Program-made: the position numbers and the translations under genes | Assembly: GCA_965285935.1 (NCBI GenBank) | Contig: OZ260667.1 | Location: 33,480,001-33,544,000, forward strand | Direction of reading: 5' to 3' | DNA from: Ophelia neglecta | Taxonomy: Eukaryota | Length of the DNA: 64,000 bases | Shown: piece by piece, positions 23,500 to 37,663 of the stretch | How positions within the stretch are numbered: position 1 is the stretch's first letter | Layout of the letters: each line of letters opens with the position of its first letter | Notes under the pieces: generated by a model | What the model saw: only the letters and a program-made list of their open reading frames with translations | The model's database searches: none | What the model was told of the DNA's origin: nothing

Positions 23500-26400
23500 C
23501 TCCAACGTACACTGGCGTGCCTTGCGAAACAATCAGCTAAAGCCAGGCGATCGAAAGTTTTATGCAATTGTACCCTTTAATAGCATTACAGCGGACGTAA
23601 TTGTTGAGAAATAACAGACTGTCGAAGATGTGGAAGCTGATTAGAATGTTCTCCCAGAATTTATTCGTTGCTTTCAGGAGACAGCCAGAGGATTATGAAA
23701 GCCAACATCAAATATTTTGGAATTTACTGCGTTTGCGCCGTTTATGAAGCCATCTTCCGTCAGAGCTACAAACATTAAATAATCACTTCTGTCAAAGGAT
23801 CACTTGAAATTCTAGATGGACAGAAAAAATAGCACCCCAAGGTAGTAAATCCAGCTGGGCATCACTAGCAGCATTAATTTATGGCTTGCCAGCAATGCTT
23901 CTTCAACGCCATCGCCCAGAGAGCTGGTTATGTATACCAAAATGCAATATGGACGTTGTACAAATGCCAGGCTCTGTCTCCAACATACACTTTTCTGAAT
24001 AAAGCAAACCGGAACCACTGCAACCCAGTATATCTGACTATTTCCGGCAGATCTGCAATTGCAAGGTCATTTGTTTTCTGGTGGAACTCGTTTAGACTTT
24101 AACCCAGCACTTTACCAAACGACAAGCCAAACAAACACAGAGAAGAAGACTTCCGTGTTTATTTACTCCCAAACGGATCAATACCACAGCAGAGCTTCTC
24201 TTCAACTCCTCTAATTGCGGATTAAAAAGCATAGTACTGACTGTTGAATGGTCTAGAATAAAGAGCACATTTAATCCGTTGACTATCCGTTGACCCGCCT
24301 TTACCCGGTCGTCTGCTTGAACAATGGCACCGCTCGTTTCTGACATTTTCCGGACCGGAAGTATACGTCGACTCAGCGTCCTGTGGTGAATACTCGCCAT
24401 CGGTGTGATGGTTCTGGGCACAGGTTGCTCTTACTATCTTGTAAACAGTATCATATTTCTTTGTACAGTCTGTCGATTAAAATTCTTTGTAAAATAGTCC
24501 GTACGGTAACAACGGTTTTAAATCGGTCAACCGACTGAATAAACCGACATTTGTATAAGCATACAGATCCATATCAACAGACAGGGGTTGCTACTACTGA
24601 TGCATGGAGTACGAAATTATGTTGATGGTCGGCGATATCTGTAATTGGAATTGTTCCCTCTCTGTGGGATTCAAATGACAGTGTGTTCTGTGGTGAACTT
24701 GCTATACTCGCTCATCCTCATTTGAATCAGCTTTATCTTCAGTAAACTCGCAGTATCGTTCGAGGTGATTACAAGGTGAATGTAAATACTGTTGTGTGTG
24801 CAGCGGCTGCAAGCCAACGACGAGAAGAACACCTGACCATTTGGGATCTTTGATCCTGGCTGTGATTTGTCACAATTAAAAATGTCGTTTGGCAGCAGAT
24901 TTTTAGGCTAGTTTTCTTTTAGAAGTGGTATCCATAGAACATGTACCTCGAAGCTGCTATTAGTAGATATTGTTGATCTTAAGCCTATAGCTTTGCATAA
25001 TGTGCTGACAGACTTGTCCCAGGCAACATAGCCATGGGCAGCGTGTCCATGTATGCAGCCCAATATATCATGTAGTTTGTGATACACAAAGATCCGCCTG
25101 TCAGCCACCAAGCACCAGCTGCAAGGAGACGAACACGCGTCGGACACTCATCGACGTTTAGCCACTACTGAGTGAACTTAATACCGGAAGTAGTCATTGG
25201 TATAGGCTGATCGCACGTGTGACTTCAGAAACAAGTATTTGGTCAAGTCTCAAAATCTGCCACCCTGAAAATCGTCAAAGTAGAACAATACGACCAATGA
25301 CGTGGATAGGAGCTCTTGAAATCCATCTCGGGAGTGCCATCTTCCCATAACGTACACTTTGTCGCCGTGCCTACACAGCCATACTCAACTCCGTGCTGGG
25401 CACTCGCCAAGATTTGTCCATTATCTGCTCTTGTGATATTACACTGGGGACATAACAATAATAACCCGGGTCGGTGAACACTACTTCTGTTGACTTGGAG
25501 TCCTATACACCCACACAGGCCATCACCATTAGTGCCAACACGGGTCACCCATATAGAACACATTGTTTTGAAGGGGCCGGAAATGCATTAATACCTAGTT
25601 TTAAATCTATGAACTGTTTGATTGGTGCCCGGGATCTACGGGCTGGCATGTTTTATCGCGAAGCATCCCGCAGAAATTTGTTAGGAAAAGGTCAATGACT
25701 TGTCCGATGAAGAGGCACTCCATTCTGACAATCTGTATTCATATATCGGATGGTCAGAAAACTCGGAGCTCTAACCACTCAAACAGGAGTCTGGGGCATC
25801 TATTGACACACCGGACTGGTCTCAGCAATGGCAACAATGCCGTTCCCAATTCCTCTGCTTTTTAGTTAAGAATGGCATTCATATGGAACTCAATTTTACA
25901 ACGCCAGAGAGTAAACAGCTGAGGCAAGAATGATGCAATGCTTCCAGCTCCCATTCCACGGTAAACAGAAGCGACGACAACATTCCGCCTATCCACTTTG
26001 AAGCGCACACATTCCCGCTTTTTGAGTGAGTTGGGATGGTAGGGTCGTGGTCGTGCTGCAGTCGCTGACGGATGTCGTTCACCACCCGCCGAGCAGCCTG
26101 TGTACACAGTTAATTGTTCAGAGACCGTACAGTATTGAAATACTAGTTTCCATAGCCCATTGACGCGTCTGCCGTAGATGTTCTGGGCTCCTGGGACATC
26201 ATCATTTGAAGGCTGCAGAGAGCTGGAAATGCTAACTGAATATCAGATAAAAGCCAGATCGTCGGATAATTGAAGCAAATTTGGCAGCATTGTTGTACTT
26301 CAATAGCTAGTAATCGCTGAAAATGGACATAGCTTACGGCGATGCCGATAACTTTGTGCCCAGCTCGATTCTATACGATATGAAACCGTAACAATTGTCC

Positions 26401-27150
26401 ACCCTCCCCCGACTTCTGCCTGGAGTATCCCTTACGAGTTGTTCTCGGACAACGCCAATTCAATTGCGGCAGTGCGATTAAGGAGCAATTGTCAGCCAAT
26501 TGTGCTATCTGATTGGAAGGGCAAATTAATTTTCTCGCAAGGAATTCGGCCTACGCGAGTTTGGTCAATTTCTTTATGTAATTGGGCGGTCACAACTTGC
26601 CAGAGACATTGCAGTAACATATGTGTAAGGAATCGGAGCGGCCTCCCCGAGGAATCAGACGTAAGACCATTAGACCCCGGCTAGGCTTGTACCACGGTGC
26701 GAAGACGCCACAGAAAAACACGCCCTAAATAAAACAGTAGTCTAGCGGGACCTTGTGATAGTTGGAAGAGACATCTGCCCTCGGCATAGCAGAGACGAGC
26801 CATCACCCCTGGGAGAAATCGCTCTCGTCTCTCATTTGCTCATGCTGAATTAATCAGGGGACGTATAATGCATAACCACTAGGTACATTGAAGATGGACA
26901 AATCAGAGATGACATTCTGGTAAAGAGACCCGGAGCCAGAAAGGGACCAATGTACCAACGGCAGGCACTCTTCCGATATGCCATGGAGCAGTATAGTTGA
27001 ATCTCTCATTAACGGCAATCACAACAGGGCAAACGATTTGGGAGTCTTTTAGAGGTATAAACTTGTGTTTCAAGTGGTCATTATGTGAGGTTCAAGATCG
27101 TGTAAACGAGAAACAGACGACACCCTTTATGGCTTTTTTCCTGTACAGGC
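23500..27150 (-). mobile_element. Heavily decayed DIRS-like (tyrosine-recombinase) retrotransposon relic; boundaries approximate
   Basis: Frameshifted motif remnants lie in the expected order on the - strand. RT-like: CLPL...LAPGLFTRM (~26968-26913; compare LPFGLxxAPxxFTK) and YLGRVF (~26732-26715). RNase H-like: VRFKVDRRNVVVASVYRGMGAGS..L..LW (25862-26107). Weak recombinase C-terminus-like HS..ASTS remnant near 23620-23650. Confidence 0.5.
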
Positions 27151-30100
27151 CATAACAATACCGGCGCGGTGGTGATATATGACCATCCTACTACGTGATG
27201 GGTTTAACAAACTTAAAAGGAGCGGTGCTTTGATTGTCTTCTCCCCTATCGTCTGCCAGCCTGACTCTTGATGGTCCTCTCACAGCGCGTATCGTAAATT
27301 AGGTCGTCTGACCAGGTTCCTTCGCTCATGCGACAATCCACTGATGTACACTCCCATTGGTATAACCGGCCTTTCTCGCGTTCGCTAGGCTCTCAAGCCT
27401 GACGTGGAGATAATCTTATGGCAGACGATTCGAAGAGAAATAGCTCCCCGAGTACTACATCGCTCATTAAAAGTACGGATTTCTGCTGTTCCCTATGCGC
27501 TGGACTGACCTATTTTCTTTGAGGAGGCTTGCTGCAGGCAGAGAAAGCAGACCAAAACGCGCTCTTGTGGATCGACCAAAGAGAAAATGGACACCTTAGA
27601 GAACACTACGTTTCATTTACAATTCAAACCGCCGCGTTAATGGTCAATATGCCTGTCACAGTTGATCGAATCAGGCCCCTTATCAAAGATCCCGTCACTC
27701 AAGCCAGTATGTAATCTCTGGCTGTGGACGAAGAATTATCCCGAGGAATTGGCAGCTCGCATTCTTAAGTGCGCTCACTTGTCGCGCCACTAGCTCCAGA
27801 AATACGGCCTAGTCCCTGGAGGTTATTTCGCGTGAATAACGCCGATCTCCCACTTGATGCTGCTTGGATAAAGACCCGGATTTAATTAAATTACTTCGAC
27901 TTATTCTAATACTATTTCAAAGCACCTTCGATAAGAAAAATCGCCGTGATCAATTTAGTGGTCTTCTCCGTGAAAGGGAGATGAGTTCTGAGATATTACA
28001 TTTCACGCTCGATTAACCATTGGTCCCTACATAAAAGAGTAATTCCCGAGTGAAATTGAAGCTGGAAAATCTGTATTAATTATCCTAAGTTTGAAAAACA
28101 AGTTGGTAGGGCAGTTGGCGAATATAGGAAGAGAGGCCACAAAATAAGGAATGACATGGACTTGGGCTCCTTTTTACACGTGTAGGTATCTCAGGTTATG
28201 CTTATATCGTCTGCTGTGCGGCATTTGATACTTTCCCATCAGACCTAATTCCGTTGCATCACAGGATATTGACGACGCAACTAGAACACGAATTATCGCC
28301 TGAGAAAATCGTATCAGAGCTATTTGAATGTCCGAACATCAATTTCACTGGCTACGCTAGTCCGGGTGTGATGAATGAGAGTGGGTGTAGCTTAGTGCCG
28401 CGATGACCTATTCCTTTCTGGCTTCTAATGGTCTGCTCTCTTGCTCTGCACAATGATGATGCGGCCTCTGGCAACGTTGAAAAAGCGAGCGATGGCAGTC
28501 TGCCCCATCAGAATCCTAAGCAGATCGTGACCGTCCCGATAATGATCAAGGTACGCCGCTGCAATCGCACACCGACATCCGAACAACGTGTGCTCGATGA
28601 ATTGCAAACTACAAACCAGCTTATAGGGGATCTGTCGCCGAAAGGACCCCTGGAAAGAACAAATCACTAGCAACAGTGCTACACGTACAAAGACAGTTCC
28701 ATAGTCCTCGGTCGGGCTTGTATCGAAGGGCTAAAGGAGATTTTCAGCTTATTCATACCTTGGCTCATTGTCTTGTGTTTTGAGAGCACTCTAAGCAAGG
28801 AGCAGAGACGGCTGCAGAGCTGATGCTGCTAGGATAGTAGGGATGCCATGTTGTCCACCTGCAATTCACTGTGAAAAGAGCTGGAGATGATATGCTGAAG
28901 TGGCTAGCTGCCATCGCTAGTTGTACGCACCACGCACTCTCTCCTCTATAGATTATCGACAACATGCACCGTGCTTCTTTCACTCATTCGTAGATTAGCG
29001 CTGCTCGTGATATGTTCAAGATATCGCCAGCGCGACTCGAGGAGCTGTCGTTGTCGGATAGCCGGGCCGAGCGTTCAGGAATGTTCATATATGGCCAACT
29101 TGGCTGGCACTTACCGGGACCCGTCTGATGGGTATTTCACATAGTGGCGGCTAATTATGGGATCAGTGCTGGGCAGCATGGCTTCCTGTCTGTCTTTCGC
29201 CATCCTACACGGCTCCCTCTTTGTCCACTGTCACTTGTGAGAACCGAGATAAACTCACGATGAGTTCACTAGACGAGGATGTCACCTGGTTCACGTACTT
29301 GTACAACGGCTGACAACGGATCTTCTACGGATGATTTACTTACACATTTTTCATAAGCATCATGCAGTCTTTAATGGGAGCCAACCCTTTCTACTTCTTG
29401 TGCTTCGCAAAATGTTCGCGTGACTTGGAGGAGCCTTTGGACATGCCGGTAAGTACCTAGTTGCCTTGTTGAGCATGCTACTCGGTTAGGTATTAAGATA
29501 CATTATATCGGTATTATATTCGCATAAAGGAACTGTCTCGTGGGTTTTCTAAATGTAGCGGTACACGCTATATTTTCATCCTAGCTATATTCATGACTGT
29601 CCGACTAATCCCCAACCGACTATACAGTAATGATTTGGCCGTTCTTTTTTGTTTGTTAAGAGCGCTGTTCATATGCGATGGTAGTCATTAAACTATTTGA
29701 CGTTTACCTTATCTTTAATACCTTTTTCGTAATGGACACTGGCCGCCCAGAAGCCAATATTTACCGTTTTATATCATTTGCGATAGACCTGATAATGCCA
29801 AGTAGAATCATTTAATCATAACGTTTGTAATAAAGATTATTTCTTTAAAATCATATAAACTCACAATTATAACGTGTGCCCTCAGTACGTCTGTACTTGG
29901 ATAGTTCTAGGCAGATCTACATGAGAGCGTGACTCTATATCCTCCCCCTGTTTGTAGGCATTCAGTGCCGTGGGCAGTAGCTGAATAAATATTTTATCAT
30001 TGTCAGTCGGGAGTTAACACCATATTCTAAGTCGTTATTACATGGTGATCGGAGCATTTAATGTGGCAAACAACAGAACGAACCATAAATCAGTGAAAAA

Positions 30101-30153
30101 TCAAAGTACGTGTCCATAAGGGCACTGTCAGTGTCAAAGATTACATTGTACTA

Positions 30154-31510
30154 AGATAGCCTACGACCAGTCTGCTAGCCTGGACTCAGATAGCCTACGA
30201 CCAGTCAGCTAGTCTGGACTCAGATAGCATACGACCAGTCAGCTAGTCTGGACTCAGATAGCCTACGACCAGTCCTGACTCAGATAGCCTACGACCAGTC
30301 AGCAAGTCTTGACTCAGATAGCTTACGACCAGTCGGCTAGTCTTGACCCAGATAGCCTACGACCAGTCAGCAAGTCTTGACTCAGATAGCCTACGACCAG
30401 TCACCCAGTCTTGACTCAGATAGCCTACGACCAGTCACCCAGTCTTGACTCCGATAGCCTACGACCAGTCAGCTAGTCTGGACTCATATAGCCTACGACC
30501 AGTCAGCTAGTCTGGACATAGATAGCCTAAGACCAGTCAGCTAGTCTGGACTCATATAGCCTACGACCAGTCACCTAGTCTTGACTCAGATAGCCTACGA
30601 CCAGTCGGCTAGTCTTGACCCAGATAGCCTACGACCAGTCAGCAAGTCTTGACTCAGATAGCCTACGACCAGTCACCCAGTCTTGACTCCGATAGCCTAC
30701 GACCAGTCAGCTAGTCTGGACTCATATAGCCTACGACCAGTCAGCTAGTCTGGACATAGATAGCCTAAGACCAGTCAGCTAGTCTGGACTCAGATAGCCT
30801 ACGACCAGTCTTGACTCAGATAGCCTACGACCAGTCAGCAAGTCTTGACTCAGATAGCCTACGACCAGTCGGCTAGTCTTGACCCAGATAGCCTACGACC
30901 AGTCAGCAAGTCTTGACTCAGATAGCCTACGACCAGTCACCCAGTCTTGACTCCGATAGCCTACGACCAGTCAGCTAGTCTGGACTCATATAGCCTACGA
31001 CCAGTCAGCTAGTCTGGACATAGATAGCCTAAGACCAGTCAGCTAGTCTGGACTCATATAGCCTACGACCAGTCACCTAGTCTTGACCCAGATAGCCTAC
31101 GACCATTCAGCAAGTTTTAACTTAGATAGCCTACGACCAGTCACCTAGTCTGGACTCAGATAGCCTACGACCAGTCAGCAAGTCTTGACTCAGATAGCCT
31201 TCGACCAGTCACCTTGTCTGGACCCAGAAAGCGTACGACCATTAAGCAAGTTTTGACTTAGATAGCCTAGAACCAGTCACCTAGTCTGGACTCAGATAGC
31301 CTACGACCAGTCAGCAAGTCTGACTCAGATAGCCTACGACCAGTCACCTTGTCTGGACCCAGAAAGCCTTCGACCAGTCACCTTGTCTGGACCCAGAAAG
31401 CCTTCGACCAGTCACCTTGTCTGGACCCAGAAAGCCTACGACCAGTCACTTTGTCTGGACTAAAATAGCCTACGACCAGTCCCCTAGTCTGGACTCAGAT
31501 AGACTACGAC
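30154..31510 (+). repeat. Minisatellite, 33-34-bp unit (consensus AGATAGCCTACGACCAGTCAGCTAGTCTGGACTC), about 40 copies
   Basis: Directly visible head-to-tail repeats with recurrent variant units and a few shortened units. Confidence 0.97.
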
Positions 31511-34500
31511 AGGTAATCTAGGCACCAGCAACACCGCTGGGAAAAGGTCCCAGTCAGGTACCAAGAAATTAAATTAAATTTGGCGAAAGTGACATTTACT
31601 TGTGGTTCGGGTATATTTTAAACGATTAATTATACCAGCGACATAAAGTCTGGAGACTAGAAAAAACTACTCGAAGTATCGAATATATAATCTAAGCATG
31701 TGTGACGAGCTCACATGGTGAACGCTGATTGGCCCAGAAGGCAAATGACGCTTGGCCTGCTTTCGTCGATGACGTCACCACCAGAAGGCGGAGGCACCCA
31801 GGGACACGGTGCTCTGGCAAAACGCGTCACTTGTCTTCGGGTTTAAATAGGTCAAACGTCATACATAGCAAACCAATTAGGGGCAGCATTTTTTTAAACA
31901 CACCGATTACACATAGACAATAAGTGCGTCACTGTTTTCTATCATCGTTTGATTTTAAACCATTTTTCTGAAAGTCTCCAGACTTTATGTGGCTGATATA
32001 AAGCATTAATGTTGAGAGGATGTGGCGACATTGCATACATCGCCCTCAGAATTATAGAGCCCAGGGTGACGTGTGGATTCTTTATCCTGTTCTGCGTGCG
32101 TTCTATCAACCTATATAATCTCAATTCGTAAAATGCTTTCTTTCCCTAAATACAGGCTTAATACGACAGCATTGCATTCAAGCAGGCTGTAGTTATACAA
32201 GGTCTAAGCATTGCGTCATTTCCTTAGCTTGTAGAGTCTAAGTTTTCTGGAGTTTTATCCCAGGGCACCAGATCGTAATCCATAAATCTCACTCCCCCTC
32301 ATCGCCGCTCGTATTCATCTGACTCAGATATGAGTTATGACTTTCCACGGTTCTCGTTCTCCTCCATGGAGTCTTTATGGCTTCTACAGGTTCGAGATAC
32401 AGTGCATGCAGGGTTTGCAGACAGCGTTCTCCCGGTAATAAGCCGCTATCGTTTGTATGACAACGTTTAATGATAACTGCTCATTAATCTCTTGGTGAGA
32501 GGGTTAACGAGGGAATTACCATTTGCCAGGCTTTGATACGTCATATGATATGGCGGGCTGTAGTTGCATGATCCACTGAGCATGCCGAGCGACTGTGTAA
32601 TTTTTTTTATGAGCTATTGTTGAGCATGACTTGTTTCGATGCCATTTGGAGCAGTACATTGTGCATCTAGGTCATTGTTTTACGAGCCTCTGTCCAGACG
32701 ATACAAGCCTTGAGGCGTGAAGAACTCTTGTACGAACATGGACGCTGGACTCTGGGGTGTTAGAGCCCGGCTGGCTAGTCACACCCTCCGGACAGGCCTA
32801 GCGGGATTAGGTGGCAAAACAACGCCCCCATGAAAATGTCAGCATATGTGTCCTATTTCTTCATTTTCTTCCCGACAAGTTCATTTTGCGCAAATATGGA
32901 ACATTTCAACTGGGCAAAGCATCTTATTCATCTATCAGTGAAAAAATAGAAATATACGCCATTGGTAGATCAGCTAAGATCCTTGCAGTAGATAACTATA
33001 CAGCCTTTCCTAACCACCCCAGAACATCCCAAGAGACTATTTGGAATGCCTATAGGAACCTTTTTGGACCTTTTATTGTGTGTACATGTTGACATGAACG
33101 ATGATTCATGTAATATTACAAAACTAGCCACAATTAGCAAATTCTCTCCAACTCCGACTGCAGCATTAAGAAGCTACAAAACCACGTGATGTATAAATGC
33201 GCCAAGACTTGTCTGAGCTTGAGTAAATTTGCTTTCTTATTTCTGTGTTGACATGCGAGCAACAATTGAAAGCAGGTGATATTTGAGCAGTGCCATGCCG
33301 AGAGCTACAGGGAGAGGCCTGTAGACCCGAGATGGAGAGTAATCGGGGAGTGTCGGGCTGGAGCTTCCCGTAATCAGGGATGTGTGTTATCAGTGGTTGA
33401 CCCGTTGACACGGGTGGCAATCAGAGTCTGAGGTTAGTCGACCCAATGATGATGTTTACATATACTCAGGTCTAGGACATGACCACGCATGGAAGCTGCA
33501 TCTAAGGAACTGGTTGTATCCCACAAATAACAAACAATTGATTTGAGTTGTCAGTATCTGTCGGTTTCTCCCAGTGCCAATGTCTTTAAAGTATGCAGTA
33601 ACTTAAAGACTCGGAAACTCTAAGGCCGTATATACAGCCATTGTCGTTCACAACCATCATGCTACGTAGATGTGATCGGTCGTCTGCCATCAGCAAGGCT
33701 CAACGCTCGAATACTAAATCTATATCAGGTCCAATTCTCGTTCAATTTTAACAAAAGCCAGAAACAATGCTGCTTTATAATAGGGAGCTCCGATACTGGC
33801 TGCTTTCGTGACCTGTCACATACAGTTATTTGCTGGAGAAACAATCACAGTGTTTGCTGACTGGCGTTGGAGACTAAATCGCCAAATTATCGCTCATACT
33901 CTTTATTTGAAAGCTGACTGGGAGTAAATGGGATTGAGTCACGTAGTTGGGATGAAATAAAAAATGTCAAAACCAGTCTATCCTCTCTCTGCTGGTAATT
34001 GTGTTAAAATCGGGAAGGAACACATTTACATATATGAATATATACAACGACAGTCACGATTTTAATTCCGAAAGAGTGCTGTTAACCCTCAAAATTTGTT
34101 GAACAGATAGGCGGCCCCTTGAAAGCAACTTTTCTAATTGTATCATTTTGGTGAGTATAGCCTGAGTGGCAGTGTTGTCAGTGTACACGCTACACTTCCT
34201 GAATTCGAGCAAACTAGTGAAGGGCATTGCAGGGCTACTACTGGGTATCTGATTAAATAAACAAGTATTTTATTCAAATTTATTTATATTTATTCAAATA
34301 CAGTCACAAATTCCTTATTAAGTATAAGCTGACGACAAGAACTTTTTGATTGAAAAATAAATATTTAGTTAGTCTCAAACCGGACAAATAGGGGCGAGAT
34401 GCCCCTTTATGTAAAATGCTTACATGCACATTTCTAAGAAATACCAGCTTTTAAAAGTACTTAACGACAAAGCGGCATTCTTATTAATTAATTAAGAATA

Positions 34501-35629
34501 AAATCCAGCATAAGAAGGAAGGAAAACTGGCCATTAGTGCATATGTGGGAGGTCAAAACAACGATGTATATGTTATTTGCAAATTAGCTAATTTCTTCAG
34601 GGAAATCTGAGCTCCAATCTCCGGCTAATCAAATATATGTTCACGAGACGCCTGTTTCCGGTCTAAAACATTGATCAAACATGAAAAACCAACCAATTCC
34701 AGCTATGGCGATATGCATGTTTGGTATATTCTAGAAAGATACCTGGAGCGATAGGTAAAAAACCTGCCGTTGTGTTTAAGCATTATGCTAATTTCCCTGC
34801 CTTTTGAAACAACAGCTTTATATAGACAGTGAGTGGTTTTTGTACGGCGGTGATAGGGCTAGGTCTGTCTGAGACCCAGATGAAAGCCGACACGTTCTCC
34901 CACAGCCTTCGGCGCAGTGGAGAATGTGAGTCCTTAATATAACATCATCTCTCCTAATATAAAATTACGTAACATGCAGTAGACAATCTAGGAGTTAAAT
35001 TTACCAACCGTGTGCAGTTTTATTCAAATGTAGGTGGTAAATTACAGAGCCGTAATTTGTATATATTTATATTAATCAGTAATAGTAGGCGAGCCAATTA
35101 GTACTCTTTCAAGGCTTCCTTTTATCAGGTATGTGTGAATTCCCCATTCCCTCAGGCAACACATCCAGGACATGTAAGGGTTCAGCACACCTGTTTGTCA
35201 ACCTATCTCCTCGGTAAGCTCTGCACAGATACACCTATAAATAGTGTTTGTGCTAGTTCTCAATATTCCCCCCGTACAGTCCATTACATTGTCATATAGA
35301 TGTAACTTGTCAAATGTACAGTTCGCCTTTTCAATAAAACTGCAATAATTTTGATAGGTTTCTCATTTTATTGGTCGCACATGAAGCGCACGAGTGTTCA
35401 TTGCAAAAACAAGAATAATACATAAAGCCTAAACCACAGGGCTATTCAGGTATGATTAATACAGGGTTGTACCTGCAAAAGAGCGATCCTGAATCCTAAA
35501 AGTTGACCGGAAAACTGCTGGTAGGGACACCGTGTGACGGAATCGATAAAACGGGCTGTAGGTGTGAACTGACGGGGGCATGCTCAGCGCTATAACTAAG
35601 GGTCGAAGAAATATATATATGCTATTATC

Positions 35630-35662
35630 TATAATATACTATATATATATATATATATATAT
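35630..35662. repeat. (TA)n microsatellite
   Basis: Visible dinucleotide run. Confidence 0.85.
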
Positions 35663-37548
35663 TTAGCCACAAGGCGGGATTTGTTGCTTGGTGAAAGTAT
35701 ATCAAATATATTACGGTGAATAAAAACTGGCCACCAGTTCGCTGTCTGGCCGTCATTTGGGTTATTTCGAACAGGATGTGAGGGACCATTAGAGCTTCCG
35801 GGCAGACGACAAACCCGGCACATAATGCCTACCAATTCTACCTGGGCTCCCGAGCCAGTCAAATAGGCTCAGCCGAAATGGGGTGTCGTCGCAATGTTTT
35901 CCTATATGCTCTATTTTATGCGTTTTATCCGATCTGTATGACTATCAATTGGCTATTATCTCCGCCTAGACCCAGCCTAGTAGAAGACATAAAGCAGCAG
36001 TTTATGAGCTGAGCATCTCGCCAAATTGTCTGGATATCGCGCCTTTGATCGGAGGAGGGCCGGGTCTTAAGGGGATTTCCCACAAGTCGGCGCTCTCTGC
36101 GCCCTCTGGAGCCAGATAGCAATCTTTCAATTATAACTGTATGTTTCGCTTCGTCGGCGGTCTCATCATCACAATTATATTGCTTACACGGATATAAATA
36201 TGCTTGACATGCCGGTCGTTTTCGTTTTATGACTATAATAAGTATCTTATCCATGAGTTGGACTTTGAACGTACATTAATTAAATTCGATACCTTCTCAA
36301 GTCGTGAACTTTATAAAGCCACACGGAAGAACAGGAACTTTCAAACCCATGGTTTTGAACTAAAAAACAAAATAATTGCCTCTTTATTTCAGTCAGACTT
36401 AAGAATGTTAAAAATATCTGATATAGGCCCTACTCGTATATATATGCATGTGCTTGTAATTGCAGGACTATTGTATATTCGCCTCTGTAAAGATTGACTG
36501 TTATACCCCTGTTTGTTAACGTCGTAAGCCGTCTCGCCATCTGTCGGCATACGTATTACGTCATATTATCGATCGCGATGGTAATTTCGGTCATCCGATC
36601 GATTGGTGACGAAATGCTATTTACTTCCTGTCCGATGAATCAGACAAACAATGCCGAAGTACCAAAGTAACTGGACATAAATAACTATTGAGTCATCGTA
36701 AACTGTAATGAGTAACGTATGAAACTCCTACGGAATGTAATCAATGGATTCCACCATATCCATACTGCTATTGGAAATTGACTTTGTATTTATTTCGCCA
36801 TTCAGTTATTGCTAGTAGAGAGAGCCTTGATTCAATCCTTTTCCATTAGCGGCAGCCAGCACCACTTGTAAGAATACCCAATGACTACCACGGTGCATTA
36901 GTATTCGAGCAATTAACCACTGTCTACATAATGGCTTTCTTTATCGTAATTGTTTTGCTTTCCTTGATTTTTCTTGGATTCTTTGGTTATATTTAGATCA
37001 TCTCGGGTAGACCGTCATTAGTTAAAAAGCTCAAAATAGATAGTTCTACGTGAGTATTATAGGTATAGAACCGGAATGAATATGGCTCTGCGAGCTGGTC
37101 TGGCCGTTTTAGGCGCTATGATATCTCCAATGATTCGGATTAGGAATGGTTGAAAAGAAGATCGCTCCTGAGCCGGAGTCCTAGCAGATATAGGCTAATT
37201 ACCTGGTTGTTCAGGGGCAGGGAAATTTGTCTGTCAATAACCAGTCAAATTGCGAGTTGCCACTGTAGGTCAGATCCAATGGAGACTGACGCGAATGTGT
37301 TTTCATCCTCTTCAACCACTGGAGACATGAGAAATTACCAAGGAACTCGGTGGTTAAGAGAGTCATTAACTTGTAATCTCTTTTTGAAGTGAGGCAGTTT
37401 TTCTAGTCTCCAGGAAGATGAAGGCAAGGCCCATTTAATGCTAGCGGCGTTAGAGAACCGTTACCCTATACAAGTCGGGGCACTATGCTGAATGTTACTC
37501 CTTGAAAGTAACTATCGACATAGCAAGGAACCAACCATACTAACGTGG

Positions 37549-37580
37549 AGAGAGATAGAGACAGAGACAGAGAGAGAGAC

Positions 37581-37613
<33 letters not shown>

Positions 37614-37663
37614 CAGAGACAGAGATGAGAGAGAGAGCGAGAAGGCGAGAGAGCGAGACAGAG
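37549..37663 (+). repeat. Compound (GA)n/(GAGACA)n microsatellite
   Basis: Visible run. It produces the spurious ERET/RDRD and LSLS ORFs. Confidence 0.95.

Noticed and set aside
23056-23614. GC-rich patch with overlapping ORFs of up to 158 aa and a weak inverted similarity at its edges
   Set aside because: No recognisable domain, convincing TIR or TSD.
30154-31510. Possible CRISPR array (constant ~19-bp core alternating with a variable segment)
   Set aside because: The variable parts are short, related to one another and recur, so they are not unique spacers. There are no cas genes and the context is eukaryotic.
33480-33660. Possible Penelope-like RT/GIY-YIG remnant
   Set aside because: Only vague, interrupted motif resemblance, which cannot be supported by eye.
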